From: Malacoraja senta
Taxonomy: Eukaryota
NCBI GenBank assembly: GCA_038087875.1
Contig: CM075998.1
Span: 5,582,001 to 5,642,000, forward strand
DNA: 60,000 nt
Direction: 5' to 3'
Under the pieces are notes generated by a model. The model did no database searches and was not told where the DNA came from. It worked only from the letters and a program-made list of their open reading frames with translations. The number at the start of each line of letters is the position of its first letter. Positions within the stretch are counted from its first letter, which is position 1. Position numbers and translations under genes: made by a program. This document shows, piece after piece, positions 36,649 through 49,459 of this stretch.

Positions 36649-37103
36649 AACAGGAAATTTGTTGCTGGCTCCAAGCAAGTAATTCGTACCGTAGAGAGGT
36701 GTGCTTGACAGAGCTAGTGTCGAGGAAATCTGCTGGCTAGGGTGTGTTATGTGACAGAGTGTCAAGCCTTGTGCGATGTGTGTGATGGTCACATGGACAA
36801 TCCATGCAGCTGGAAGGTCCAGAAAGCCACTTGCCCGTGGGCAAAATGAATTTAACGAGCCACATACATCTGAAGCCTGATTGAGTTATCCATGAACTTG
36901 GGCCAAGAAAATCATCTCTGGTTAGAAGCCATAGATGTGTCAAAGTCCAGGATAGGATGCACTGACACTACTGAACAGCGGTGAATTTCTAGGCAGTAAT
37001 ATTTTAGATTCCTTTTCAGTTTAGATGAGAGATACAACATGGAAACAGGCCCTTCGGCCCACCGAGTCCATGCTGACCATCGATCACCCATTTACACTAG
37101 TAC

Positions 37104-38505
37104 TATGGGGCAAAGACCCATCATTTATTTATTTATTTGCCTCTGTACTCCACAATTTGAGGTTTGTAATAGAAAAAAATCACATGTGGTTAAAGTGCAC
37201 ATTGTCAGATTTTAATAAAGGCCATTTTTATACATTTTGGTTTCACCATGTAGAAATTACAGCAGTGTTTATACATAGTCCCCCCATTTCAAGGCACCTT
37301 AATGTTTGGGACACAGCAATGTCATGTAAATGAAAGTAGTCATGTTTAGTATTTTGTTGCATATCCTTTACATGCAATGACTGCTTGAAGTCTGCGATTC
37401 AAGGACATCACCAGTTGCTGGGTGTCTTCTCTGGTGATGCTCTGCCAGGCATGTATTGCAGACATCTTTAGCTTATACTTGTTTTGGGGGCTAGTCCCCT
37501 TCAGTTTTCTCTTCAGCATATAAAAGACATGCTCAATTGGGTTCAGATTGGGTGATTGACTTGACCACTCAAGAATTGACAATTTTTTAGCTTTGAAAAA
37601 CTCCTTTGTTGCTTTAGCAGTATATTTGGGATCATTGTCTTGCTGTAGAATGAACCGCCGGCCAATGAGTTTTGAAGCTTTTGTTTGAACTTGAGCAGAA
37701 AGGATGCACTTCAGAATTCATTATGTTACTACCATCAGCAGTTGTATCATCAATGAAGATAAGTGAGCCAGTACCTTCAGCACCCATACACGCCCAGGCC
37801 ATAACACCCCCACCACTGTGTTTCACAGATGAGGTGGTATGCTTTGGATCTTGGGCAGTTCCTTCTCTCCTCCATACTTTGCTCTTGCCATCATTCTGAT
37901 ATACGTTAATCTTCATCCCATCTGTCAACAAGACCTTTTTCCAGAACTGTGGTTGCTCTTTTAAGTACTTCTTGACCAACTGTAACTTGGCCATCCTATT
38001 TTTGCGGCTAACCAGTGGTTTGCATCTTGCAGTGTAGCCTCTGTATTTCTGTTCATGAAGTCTACTGCAGACAGTGGTCATTGATAAATCCACACCTGAC
38101 TCCTGAAGAGTGTTTCTGATCTGTCGGACAGTGTTCCTTGGCCTTCCAGTCCCTTTGCGATTAGTAAGCTCACCAATGCTCTCTTTCTTCTTAATGATGT
38201 TCCAAACAGTTGATTTTGGTTGGCCTAAGATTTGGCTGATGTCTCTAACAGTTTTATTCTTGTTTCAGTCTCATAATGGCTTCTTTGATTTTCATTGGCA
38301 CAACTTTGGTCATCCTGTTGATAAACAGCAATAAAAGTTTCCAAAGGTGATGGAAAGACTGGAGGAAAGACTAGGTGCTGAGAGCTCTCTTATACTGCAT
38401 TAAGGAGGCATTTAAACACACCTGAGCAATTACAAACACCTGTGAAGCCATGTGTGCCAAACATTATGGTGCCCTGAAATGGGGGGGGGGGGGACTATGT
38501 ATAAA
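37104..38505 (-). mobile_element. Tc1-family transposon, second copy, termini truncated
   Basis: Minus-strand transposase fragments (RLHEQKYRGYTARCKPL, WSSQSPNLNPIEH, ACKGYATKY*), TIR remnants at both ends. Confidence 0.9.
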
Positions 38506-38596
38506 AAGCTTCCATCCCAATGAATGGAAGCTAGATCGGAGTTATCCCAAACTCCAAGTCACAATATATACTCCAATCAACACTAAAAGGTAATTT

Positions 38597-38786
38597 TTTA
38601 AGAAAGAACTGCAGATGCTGGAAAAATCGAAGGTAGACAAAAATGCTGGAGAAACTCAGCGGGTGAGGCAGTATCTATGGAGCGAAAGAATAGGTGACGT
38701 TTCGGGTCTCGACCCTTAGGGTCACCTATTCCTTCGCTCCATAGATGCTGCCTCACCGCTGAGTTTATCCAGCATTTTTGTCTACC
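38597..38786. mobile_element. Palindromic Penelope-derived element
   Basis: Inverted arms; imperfect flanking duplication CTAAAAGGTAA / CTAAACGGTAA. Confidence 0.65.
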
Positions 38787-39043
38787 TAAACGGTAAATTA
38801 ACTAGTCATTCATCTCTTGGACTCCATTGGACTATGGTGTGCACAAATCTGTCTGCTCTGTTGACATAATTAACAAGGAGAGGTTGGACAAACTTGGATT
38901 ATTTTCTCTGGAACGCAAGAGTTTGAGGAGAGACCTGATAGAAGTATGTAAAATGATGAGAGGCAGAGATAGGGTTGACAGTCAGAACCTTTTTTTTCCC
39001 CCCAGGATGGAAATATCAAAGACTGGAGGACATATGATGGTGA

Positions 39044-39952
39044 TAACACCATCATCAAGTATGCAGATGATACAACGGTGATTGGCCTCATCAGCGACAA
39101 CGATGAGTCGGCCTATGGGGAGGAGGTCCAGCTCCTAGCAGCATGGTGCGCTAACAACAACCTGGGCCTTAACACCAAGAAGACCAAGGAGCTCATTGTG
39201 GACTACAGAAGGTCACGCACACCCCCATCCATATTAACGGGACGGAGGTGGAGCGTGTTTCCAGCTTCAGGTTTCTGGGGGTCAACATCTCTGATGACCT
39301 CTCTTGGACCCACAATACCTCAACTCTGGTCAAGATGGCTCACCAGCGTCTCTTCTTCCTGAGGAGACTAAAGAAGGTCCATCTGTCTCCTCAGATTCTG
39401 GTGAACTTCTACCGCTGCACCATCGAGAGCATCCTTACCAACTGTATCACAGTATGGTATGGCAACTGCTCTGTCTCCGACCGGAAAGCACTGCAGAGGG
39501 TGGTGAAAACTGCCCAACTCATCACCGGTTCCTCACTCCCCTCCATTGAGTCTGTCCAGAGCAGGCGATGTCTGCGAAGGGCGCGCAGCATCGTCAAGGA
39601 CTGCTCTCACCCCAACCACAGACTGTTTACCCTCCTCCCATCCGGGAGGCGCTACAGGTCTCTCCGTTCCTGGACCAGCAGGTTCAGGAACAGCTTCTTC
39701 CCTGCGGCTGTTACCCAACTTAACTCTGCACGTTGGTGATTGCCAGGAACCCCCCCCCCCCCGGACACTCCTTCCCCCAGTGACTGATCTCTCCCCCCGA
39801 AATTTGCACGACTGCTACTGTATATAATATATATATTTTACTGTTCTGTGTTCGCACTTCTGGGTGAGATGCTAACTGCATTTCCTTGTCTCTGTACTTG
39901 TACACTGCACAATGACAATAACGTTTGAATCTGAATCTGAATCTGAATCTGA
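39044..39952 (+). mobile_element. Rex1/Babar LINE 3' fragment with RT motif
   Basis: KYADDTTVIGLISDNDESAY...NTKKTKELIVDYRR; ERVSSFRFLGVNISDDLSW...HQRLFFLRRL; (TGAATC)n tail. Confidence 0.9.
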
Positions 39953-40465
39953 TATCTTTAAGGTTGGAGGGGGAAAGGTTCAAAGGAGATGTCCAGGGCG
40001 GGCTCTTTGTTCACACAGAGTGGTGGGTGCCTGCAACCTGTTATCAGGGGTGGTGGTGGAGGCAGATACATTTGTGGCATGCAAGAGCTTTTAGATCGGC
40101 ACATGGATATGCAGGAAATGGAGGGATATGGATCATGCACAAGCAGAGGTGATTAGTTTAACTTGGCATCATGTTCAGCACGAACTTCATGAGTCGAAGG
40201 GTTCGATGTTTATCTTTCTGTCACACTGCCTCCTTTTTAAAGGTAGTCATACAGTCATAGAGTGTTACAGCATGGAAACAGGCCCTTCGGCCCAACTTGG
40301 CCACACTGGCCAACATGTCCCAGCTACACTAGTCCCACCTGCCCGTATTTGGCCCATATCCCTCCAAACTTGTCCTTTCCATGTACCTGCCTAACTGTTT
40401 CTTAACCGTCTCAACCTCTCCCTATAGCTCAGACCCTCTAGTCCTGGCAACATCCTCGTAAATAA
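39953..40465. mobile_element. Two short CR1 3' fragments in opposite orientation
   Basis: VVVEADTFVA peptide on plus; GGGCCGAAGGGCCTGTTTCC tail on minus. Confidence 0.7.
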
Positions 40466-41133
40466 TGAGTCCCAATAATGAAACTTAGTAATAGATCACA
40501 GCTTGTGCAAGGACTGAAATATTGTTTCAGGAAAGGGGGAAAAAAGGCTCTGGTTTCAGTCACCTTACTATTCACATCTCATAGGGCATAAGTGACTTTT
40601 GGAAAAACTGTTGGATGAATAAAAATTGAGGATTTAAGAATAATTACAGATGTGTAAAGCATAATAGGTTTGTCTTATTGTCTCACTTACACATTACATC
40701 ATTTTGACAAAATGACAAATGATTCCACGGTGTCCCTGAACAAGCACTCCTCCATGAAAGCATTGTCCTTTTTCAACCAGTCAAACAAGATGGCTACAAT
40801 CTACTGATTAGTCAGGATCACAGTATCATTGATTTCTTTCCACAAGCCAGCAGATGGTGCTGAGTCCTGCATTAATTCAGCAGTGGTAATGTAAACGGTT
40901 TTAACCTTCCCCTGACTAGTTCTCTGCCCTTCTCTCCTACAGCAATGATTGACCCATGCCTGGTTACAGTTTAGGGGTGCCTGACAACTCCTTGGTCTCT
41001 ACGATTTGAAGATTAACCATCAGGACTCTGCTGAGAGCAAAAATCTTGGATCATATTCAAAAGACAACTTAAAAGAAGGTTTTTAAAAACTTATTTAGTT
41101 ACTCAAGAGTTTTTCAACTGAGGAATAAAACTG

Positions 41134-41387
41134 GGAGGCACAGTGGCGCAGCGTTAGAGACCCGGGTTCCATTCTGACCTCGGATGCTGTCAGTGTGGAG
41201 TTTGCACATTCTCCCCCAACATCCCAAAAGACATGAGGATTTGTAGATTAAATGGTCTCTGTAAATTGCCCCTAGTGTATAGTGGGTGGATGCAAAAGTG
41301 AGATAACATAGAACTAGTGTGGACGGGTAATCGATGGTCGGCGTGGACTCAGTGGGCCTGTTTCCTTGCTGCATCTCTAAACTAAAC
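41134..41387 (+). mobile_element. HE1-type V-SINE, internally deleted
   Basis: Head, partial V-domain, tail. Confidence 0.8.
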
Positions 41388-41729
41388 ACAAAAAGAAGAA
41401 ATCACCAAATATCTACAAAAACATGGAACCTGTTAACTGTTGAGCATTATAAAATAAGCAAGAACTATGCTCTCCTTAGAATCAGGAGGAGTTTTCCTAT
41501 TTTAAGTGTAGTGTAAAAATACCTCTGTATCATGAAACAGTTAATGTGATTTATGTATGTTCTTGTCTTTTCTCAAAAACTAGAGAGCTAATTTATCATT
41601 CGCAATATGTGCTTTCTACGTGTTTTCTTTAACAGATGGTTTACAAGTGCAGAAAATGGTCAATAATTTACAAAAAACAAAATCATTCACACTAAAATGG
41701 ACTTCCTATAGGATGTCATTACCAACATT

Positions 41730-42049
41730 GGGCCGCACGGTGGCGCAGCAGAAGAGTTGCTGCCTTACAGCGCTTGCAGCGCCAGAGACCCGGGTTCAAT
41801 CCCGACTACGGGTGCTGTCTGTACGGAGTTTGTACCTTGTCTCCGTGACCCGCGTGGGTTTTCTCCGGGTGCTCCGGTTTCATCCCACAATCCAAAGACG
41901 TGCAGGATTGTTGGTTAATTGGCTTGGTAGAAGTTTAAATTGTCCCTAGTGTGTGTAGGATAGTGTTAGTGTGCAGGGATCGCTGGTCGGCGTGGATTCA
42001 GTGGGCCAAAGGGCCTGTTTCCGCGCTGTATCTCTAAACTAAACTAAAC
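41730..42049 (+). mobile_element. HE1-type V-SINE, full length
   Basis: tRNA head, V-domain, tail. Confidence 0.9.
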
Positions 42050-43619
42050 ATTGTGAATGCAGATTTGCAGAGTTCTGGCACATAATGGGTAAATGAAGCC
42101 ACATCATCCTGCACACTCTCGCTGATTAAATCAGTATGATTGGCAGAGTGGAATCTTATGGATCTGATCATTCAAGACCAGGTTGGAAAGATGAAGATTC
42201 CAAAGTAAATATAAGCCCTCAATCTATTGAGATACATCTTTCCATTAAAAACCACCCCTTGTGAAATGTGGTTATTGAGCAGGAACTGAACAGCTTCAAA
42301 ACCTCGACATTAAAGATAAAGGGCTGTTTATCCAGTTGCTTTGTGCAGCAGCTGGGAAGCTGAAAATAATTAAGCATCTATAGTTAGCCTGGACTCTTGT
42401 GAGATCGATCCCTTAATACCCACAGGTGTGGGCTCTTGATCAGAGGCAAACTGCATACTTGTTTGGTCCCATTTCAGTAGATCATTTGGTGAGAGGTATT
42501 TGAATAACTTTGGAAAATGAGCAAAGTGCTCAAGAGTGATCTTTAAACATCGGGTTTAAATGCGTCATCAGATGACTTTCATAAAGTACCAACATTAAAA
42601 TAACTGTTTTCCCACTCTAATCCGATGCCACATGCAAGTATGAGCAGCATTTTAAAAAAATACTCTGAGATGATGCTTTGCAAGTCATTTCACTAAAAAT
42701 CTACCTGAAGATGGGAAGGAGAATTCTAATAAGAATTCTCTTATTAACTCAAGAAAATAGAGTTACCTGGCACGTGTTACTACCATCTAGTAATACCATC
42801 ACAATACGACCCGGAATTAAAAGAACAGTGAATGTGCCACCCAGTAAAAAAATGCAACCCACCACGGACAAAGTATTCAAAGTTGCTGACAAGCTATTTA
42901 TGGAAATTCAAGGCACTGACAAAGGACATCAGTGTGATAGTCATTAACCTGGCGTAATTAAGTGATTATGTTGCTGCAGACTAAAAGCAGTAACAGTGTC
43001 TCTGACAGCTGTTGGAAAGATATAGCAACTCATTACTTCAAGGTTTAACGTTTCTTTACTGACTGTGGTGTAAGTGAAGTTGGCAACAAGCCAGAAATCA
43101 GATCCACCTAGTTTCCCGTTCCCACCATTAAAAGACAGTTGTGTAAATTCAGCCAACTTCCACCACCACTGTCCCACACAACACCCCCACCAAGGAATAT
43201 GACAAGAACATAAACAATCTGCACGTTCAGTTGTGGCACTCTAGGTACATAGCATGTCCACACACAGATGTCACTGACAACTTCCAGCCAGAGCATTTGT
43301 AATCTTTGGAGAAGTGTTAGCGCTTAGACGAGTTGTGGCCACTGAGCCAAATTCGAGTGTGAAAGAATTTCAAAAGAAATCTACCGACTGGATTTGGTAA
43401 AACGCTAAACACACGAGGTGTGATACAAATGCAAGCTTGTTCTATCAACGGTCCCACCGTTAACAATTTTCCTTAAGATCCGGGATCACTGGCTAAATTT
43501 GGGCTCTTAAGAAATTAAAATTATTTTCTGGTTGGGAAAAGAAATCCCCCCTAGTTATTTTAAGTTGAATTTGATTGAAAATTGTCTTTTATATGGGGAA
43601 CGGTTGATCCTATTTGCAA

Positions 43620-45815
43620 TTCAATCCAGATAAATGTGAGGTAATGAACTTTGGAGGTGAAATTCATATAGAGTAAATGGCAGGGACCGTGGGAGCATTG
43701 ATGTTCAGAGAACACTTGGGGTGCAAGTCCGTAGCTCGCTGAAGGTGGTGACACAGGTGGTTAGGGTCGTGAAGAAGGCATTTGATAGGCAGGAGCATTG
43801 AGAAGAGTGGGACATTGCGTCACAGCTGTACAAAACGTTATTTAGACCGCACTTGGAGTATTGTGCACAGTTCTGATCATCACACAACAGGAAAGATGTG
43901 GGAGCAATAAAGAGGCCCCGACTACGGGTGAACAGAGGAAGAGGACTGAACTTTGATGCCTTCCCTCACAGTGGGAAACGTTGATTCCGCTGTGGGGGGA
44001 TGTTTTTATGTTTAATGTTAAATTCTATAGTGTTGTGTTTATCTTATTTGTGTGCTGCATAGTAACTCCAATTTCACTGCACCAATTGGTGTATGTGACA
44101 ATAAATGTCCTTTGTCCTTTTGAGATGTTGCCTGGAATGAAAGCAGGTAGTTAGGAGAGGTTGAATAGTCTGGGATTGATTATTCTCTTTGGAATGTGTC
44201 AGGTCGAGAGGTGACCTTACAGAGATATATAAAGTTATGAGGGGCATAAATAGGATACACTAGACTAAGTGGGACCCATTGGGTCCCAGCATCACACGGG
44301 AGGGCTGGTCCCCCAACGCAATATTCCACCTCTCCACCAATTCCAATATTGGTGGCCAGTGGGGGTGTGTGGGGGCTTTCTGGAGCGCTAGTATGGGTGT
44401 TGTGGGCTGAAGGGACTGGTTCCAGAGGGCTAGTATGGACTGTGGGCCGAATGGATTCCTGGGCTGGCGGCTCAGTCACTCAAGCCTGTTGAGCTGGCAG
44501 CTCACTCACTCACGGCTGGTGGGCTGGCAGTTGACTCACGGCTATTCCCTGAAATTCCATTTCAAGCAGGGTGCAAGGCCACCAAATTCAAGTGCAGTTT
44601 CTTACCACTTCAAGCAGGGTGCAAGGCCACCAAATTCAAGTGCAGTTTCATACCATTTCAAGCAGGGTGCAAGGCCACTAATGACAGCGAGTCGTGACCT
44701 CTCCCTCCTCCATCTTGCAGAGACTGAGCCACGCCCACACTTCTGGGTTTTATTGTCCCTCCCCCCCCCCACCAGCAGGGGCGTGGCCTTCATGGCATGA
44801 TTGACAGGAGAGGGAATCTCAACATTTTTTAAACACTAATAACTCTTTTATTTTTCATCGATGGGAAAAATCCTCGGCACCTGATGAGCGGAGGGGGACT
44901 CTGAGTAAGATGGCAAAAAATCACAGCTGTACGTGGTAGCGTTTTTTCTAAAATCAATATAAAGCATAAACAGGAAGTGGTCAAGATTAGATTTTTAATT
45001 ATATAGAAGGCAAGGCAACTTTAATTAGGCAAGGCAACTTTAATTAGGCATCACAGCTTTAGCATTTCCAAACCAAAGGCAACCCAGCTTTAGCATTTCC
45101 AAACCAAAGGCAACACAGCTTTAGCATTTCCAAACCAAAGGCAACACAGCTTTAGCATTTCCAAACTATATTTTCAAACCACATTACAGTTTAGTAGACA
45201 TGTGTTCAGTGTTATTCACAGCTCAGACTGAGAAACGTGACCCTCCCGCTCCCCCATCTTGCAGAGACTGACTGAGGCACTCAACATTTCCGGGTTTTAG
45301 TCCCTTCAGAAGGGGCGTGGCCTTCAGGAGAGAGAATCTCAACATTTTTTAAACACTAATAACTTTTATTTTTCATCAATGGGAAAAATCCTCTTGTCCT
45401 GCGCAGCGGAGGGGGACTCTGAGTAAGATGGCCAAAAATCACAGCCGTAAGTGGCAGCGTTTTTTCTAAAATCAATATACAGAACAACAGGAAGTGGTCA
45501 AGATCAGACTTTTAGTAATATAGATAGTCGGTCCTTTTTCTCCAGAGTAGGAGAGTCCAGAACAAGGGGGCATAGATTTACAGTGAGATGGAGAAATTTA
45601 AAGGGCACGTTTTTCCGCACAAAGGGTGGTGAATATCTGGAACAAATTGCCAGTGGTGGTAGTGGCAAATGCAGTTACAATGTTTAAAGTCATTTGGACA
45701 GGTACTTAGATAGGCATGGAGTGATAGGGGCCTAACATAGGATAGTGGGATAGGGAGCACAGTGAGCATGGACAAGGTGGGCCGAGGCCTTTGTCCGTGC
45801 AATAAGATTCCATGA
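43620..45815 (+). mobile_element. Old CR1 fragment interrupted twice (about 43915-44120 and the Helitron at 44260-45524)
   Basis: LYKTLFRPHLEYCAQF, RGDLTEIYKVMRGI and FFSRVGESRTRGHRF segments are collinear across the insertions. Confidence 0.75.
44260..45524 (-). mobile_element. Non-autonomous Helitron with duplicated 5' module
   Basis: Minus strand 5'-TCTATATTACTAAAAG...GGGACCCAATGGGTCCC-ACTTAGTCTAG-3'; inserted between host A and T without duplication; internal 48-bp and 31-bp tandem repeats. Confidence 0.85.
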
Positions 45816-46080
45816 TTTATATTTTTGTCTCTCGTCAGCTCTAATAACTCAGATGACAAAGACAAAAAGTATTTTACAAGATGTTACTTTTAAAGTATGT
45901 TTAAACCAGGAATTAAAAAAATTAACGTGTGCTATGCCAGTTGAGTTTTTCGTTTATTGTCACGTGTACCGAGGTACAGTGAAAAGCTTTTGTTGAGTGC
46001 TAACCAGTCAGTGGAAAGACTACACATGATTACAATCGATATTTCACCAGACTCCAGGTTCTTCCACTGTTCCAATTTAC

Positions 46081-46213
46081 CTTTAGCGCCTGGTTGAAGT
46101 TGTCCACCATACCGAGCCACTGCTGTGTCTGTTTGGCAAACTGAGCTGCCTGGATCTGCAGAGTTTTTACCTCGTTATCCAGTTTGCGTTGATTCACGTA
46201 GGCCTGGGCCACT
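46081..46213 (-). CDS. BLOC1S1: BLOC-1 subunit 1 (GCN5L1), penultimate exon
   Basis: tttcag|A GTG ... AAG|gtaaat; VAQAYVNQRKLDNEVKTLQIQAAQFAKQTQQWLGMVDNFNQALK, 133 bp; joins in frame to 31125. Confidence 0.95.
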
Positions 46214-47310
46214 CTGAAAGGGAGACGGCAAAACATCAGTCACATATAACCGGTTATTCGTAGAACCAAGTCAATGAAATAATACAATTTAAACCACAAT
46301 TAGAATAAAATTGTTCATATGTACTTATCTTTCACGTTGAATCTATTAGTTAATCTAAATAAAGTACAACATATTTGCTCTGAGATATACGCTCACTGAA
46401 TCATTTGGAGTCTTCACAGCAACTTCATCCAGAGCCACTTCCTATCAAGGCTTCTATATTCTCCTGAAAGTCACATGGCAGCCTGGCTTGATGTGTCATT
46501 TTATCTTCAACATCACTGGGCCACTATCCAGCAATTCCCTCCCTGACAATATCACAGGCGGCACTAACAGAGAGGGATTGTAGTGACTCGAGATGAAAGG
46601 TCACTGCAACCATTGTCTGAGGGCAATTATAGGCAGAAACTAAATGCAACCCCTCCAATGTAATACAGCACTCAATAAACAGCTAAAAGAAAGTAAACTG
46701 TTCCAGATTATGGAAAACACACCCCAAACTCAGATGAATCCTTACCCAAAGAGGTCACAATCCCCCATCTCCGTTCCATTCTAACATAATGGATTCATTC
46801 CAGCCATTCGTTTACATGTATTTTCAAAGGCACTACTAGCCTTAAACATACAGGGCCATAATAAATATTTAAAAGCAGAAACCCTGACTTTGCAGCTCTA
46901 CAATGGGGAGACTTAATCCCTTTTATGGATTCGGCACCACTGCCAACATCAAAGTAAACGCTGTAAACATGAAACGATGGCATTTCTGCTGCGTGAGAAG
47001 CAAAGAACCCTTCAAGATGTGGTACGTGCCTGCTCTCTCCAAAGCATTGGTTGCTGTTGCTGCTGGCACAATGCACTGTCTTGCCAGGTTATCAATGGCT
47101 AACCACACTACCTCTCCATATAGGGTGAACAGGATGGTTTTCACATCACAAACAGAAAATGGAGGTTAAGACTGTGCCTGTGCAGACAGAAACAGAATTA
47201 AGGTTTCAGGTTGATGAGCTTTCATCAGAAGGTTAACTTTGACCAAAAAGATAATTGAGGTTGATTGAAACATGAACTCGGTACTCTCTCCACAAATAGA
47301 GTAGAACAAA

Positions 47311-47620
47311 GGTGCAGTGGTAGAGCTGCTGCCTCACAGTGCCAGAGACCTAGGTTTAAACCTGACCTCGGGTGCTGTCTCTGTAGAGTTTGGACATTTG
47401 CTCTGTGACCGCGTGGGTTTTCTCCGGGTGCTCCAGTTTCTTCCAACATCCCAAAGGTGTGCGGGTTTGTAGGTTAATTGGCCCTGTGTAAATTGCCCCT
47501 AGTGTGTAGGGAGTGGATGAAAAAGTGGAATAACATAGAACTAGTGTGAACGGGTGGTCGATGTTCGACATGGACTCAGTGGGCCTAAAGGCCTGTTTCC
47601 ATGCTGTATCTCTATCTAAA
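47311..47620 (+). mobile_element. HE1-type V-SINE
   Basis: tRNA head, V-domain, tail. Confidence 0.88.
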
Positions 47621-47657
47621 TGTTCCCTGGCGCAGCAGTAGAGTTGCTGCCTCACAG

Positions 47658-49459
47658 TAGGAATGTTACAAAATATTGAGATTTTAAAAATCAAGCCTGT
47701 AATTTATCCCATCAGATAAAGCATAAAAAAACGTTAATATTTACCTAATTCACTTTCATATCTTGAGTATTAAAAAAGTTATGATCATTTTCATACTAAG
47801 AAATTAGCATCTTGTTCCCTATTGTTTTGTATTGACTTAACTCAAAAGCTGTGATCGAGGACAAGCCTTGTCACAAGGGCCGTTTTACACAGACACACAT
47901 ACAGATCGGTCATGGCTGCCGCCATGTTCAACATGGGGGGCACCATGTTTAACATGGCGGCCAGCGGCCACAATCCAATCTGTATGTACTGTGAAAGTTT
48001 TTAGTCAGATATTACAATTTATATTAATGATCTGGACGAGGGAATTGAAAGCAACATCTCCAAGTTTGCGGATGACACTAAGATGGGGGGCAGTGTTAGC
48101 TGTGAGGAGGATGCTAGGAGACTGCAAGGTGACTTGGATAGGCTGGGTGAGTGGGCAAATGTTTGGCAGATGCAGTATAATGTGGATAAATGTGAGGTTA
48201 TCCACTTTGGTGGCAAAAACGGGAAGGCAGACTATTATCTAAATGGTGGCCGATTAGGAAATGGGGAGATGCAGCGAGACCTGGGTGTCATGGTACACCA
48301 GTCATTGAAAGTAGGCATGCAGGTGCAGCAGGCAGTGAAGAAAGCGAATGGTATGTTGCCTTCATAGCAAGAGGATTTGAGTATAGGAGCAGGGAGGTTC
48401 TACTGCAGTTGTACAGGGTCTTGGTGAGACCACACCTGGAGTATTGCGTACAGTTTTGGTCTCCAAATCTGAGGAAGGACATTATAGCCATAGAGGGAGT
48501 GCAGAGAAGGTTCACCAGACTGATTCCTGGGATGTCAGGACTTTCATATGAAGAAAGACTGGATAGACTTGGCTTATACTCGCTAGAATTTAGGAGATTG
48601 AGAGGGGATCTTATAGAAACGTACAAAATTCTTATGGGGTTGGACAGGCTAGATGCAGGAAGATTGTTCCCGATGTTGGGGAAGTCCAGGACAAGGGGTC
48701 ACAGCTTAAGGATAAGGGGGAAATCCTTTAGGACCGAGATGAGGAAAAACTTTTTCACACAGAGAGTGGTGAATCTCTGGAACTCTCTGCCACAGAGGGT
48801 AGTTGGGGCCAGTTCATTGGCTATATTTAAGAGGGAGTTAGATGTGGCCCTTGTGGCTAAGGGGATCAGGGGGTATGGAGAGAAGGCAGGTACGGGATAC
48901 TGAGTTGGATGATCAGCCATGATCATATTGAATGGCGGTGCAGGCTCGAAGGGCCGAATGGCCTACTCCTGCACCTATTTTCTATGTATCTATGTATCTA
49001 TGTATATTTAGCATGAAAATAGTGATCACGGATAGACAATTACACAATACGGATAATGATCATGTTGCCGATATCGGGGCCTAATTAACTTATTTCACAT
49101 CATCAGATTAAAATTAAATGACACCAAAAACTAGATAAGATGTTAAATAAACGTCCTATATACCTTTTGTTTTAGCGTGAACTTGCAATCCGTGATTTTA
49201 ATGGCCTTGAATTTGAGCCCCGACTTTCAAATTCAGCGATTCAATAGATCAGCAACGTGATGAAAAAAAACGGGAACGGATGACAGAACGGGATTTCCTC
49301 TACATCATAAGCTTGTTGTAAGAGGAAATCCCTCCCTGACAACAATGTAAAACCTGCAGTATACTCACCCCCCCCCCCCCAAAGCCTCTCGAGACCCGCG
49401 CATAGCAGTCGTCAGATCTGGAACGCCACTGATGGATGGCAGGGATTGTAACAACGCAA
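47658..49459. mobile_element. hAT-like non-autonomous DNA transposon
   Basis: Imperfect termini TAGGAATGTTACAA / TTGTAACAACGCAA; CTCACAG duplicated on both sides; superfamily inferred. Confidence 0.55.
48012..49003 (+). mobile_element. CR1/HER1 LINE 3' fragment including RT motif
   Basis: INDLDEGIESNISKFADDTK...; [16 protein letters not shown]; (TATCTATG)n tail. Confidence 0.92.

Noticed and set aside
41730..41815. tRNA genes at SINE heads
   Set aside because: A and B boxes belong to tRNA-derived HE1 SINEs and continue into the V-domain.
25185..46213. BLOC1S1-ITGA7 fusion gene (phase-compatible splice 46081 to 25295)
   Set aside because: BLOC1S1 has its own terminal exon and poly(A) signal, and the juxtaposition crosses an assembly gap that looks misoriented.
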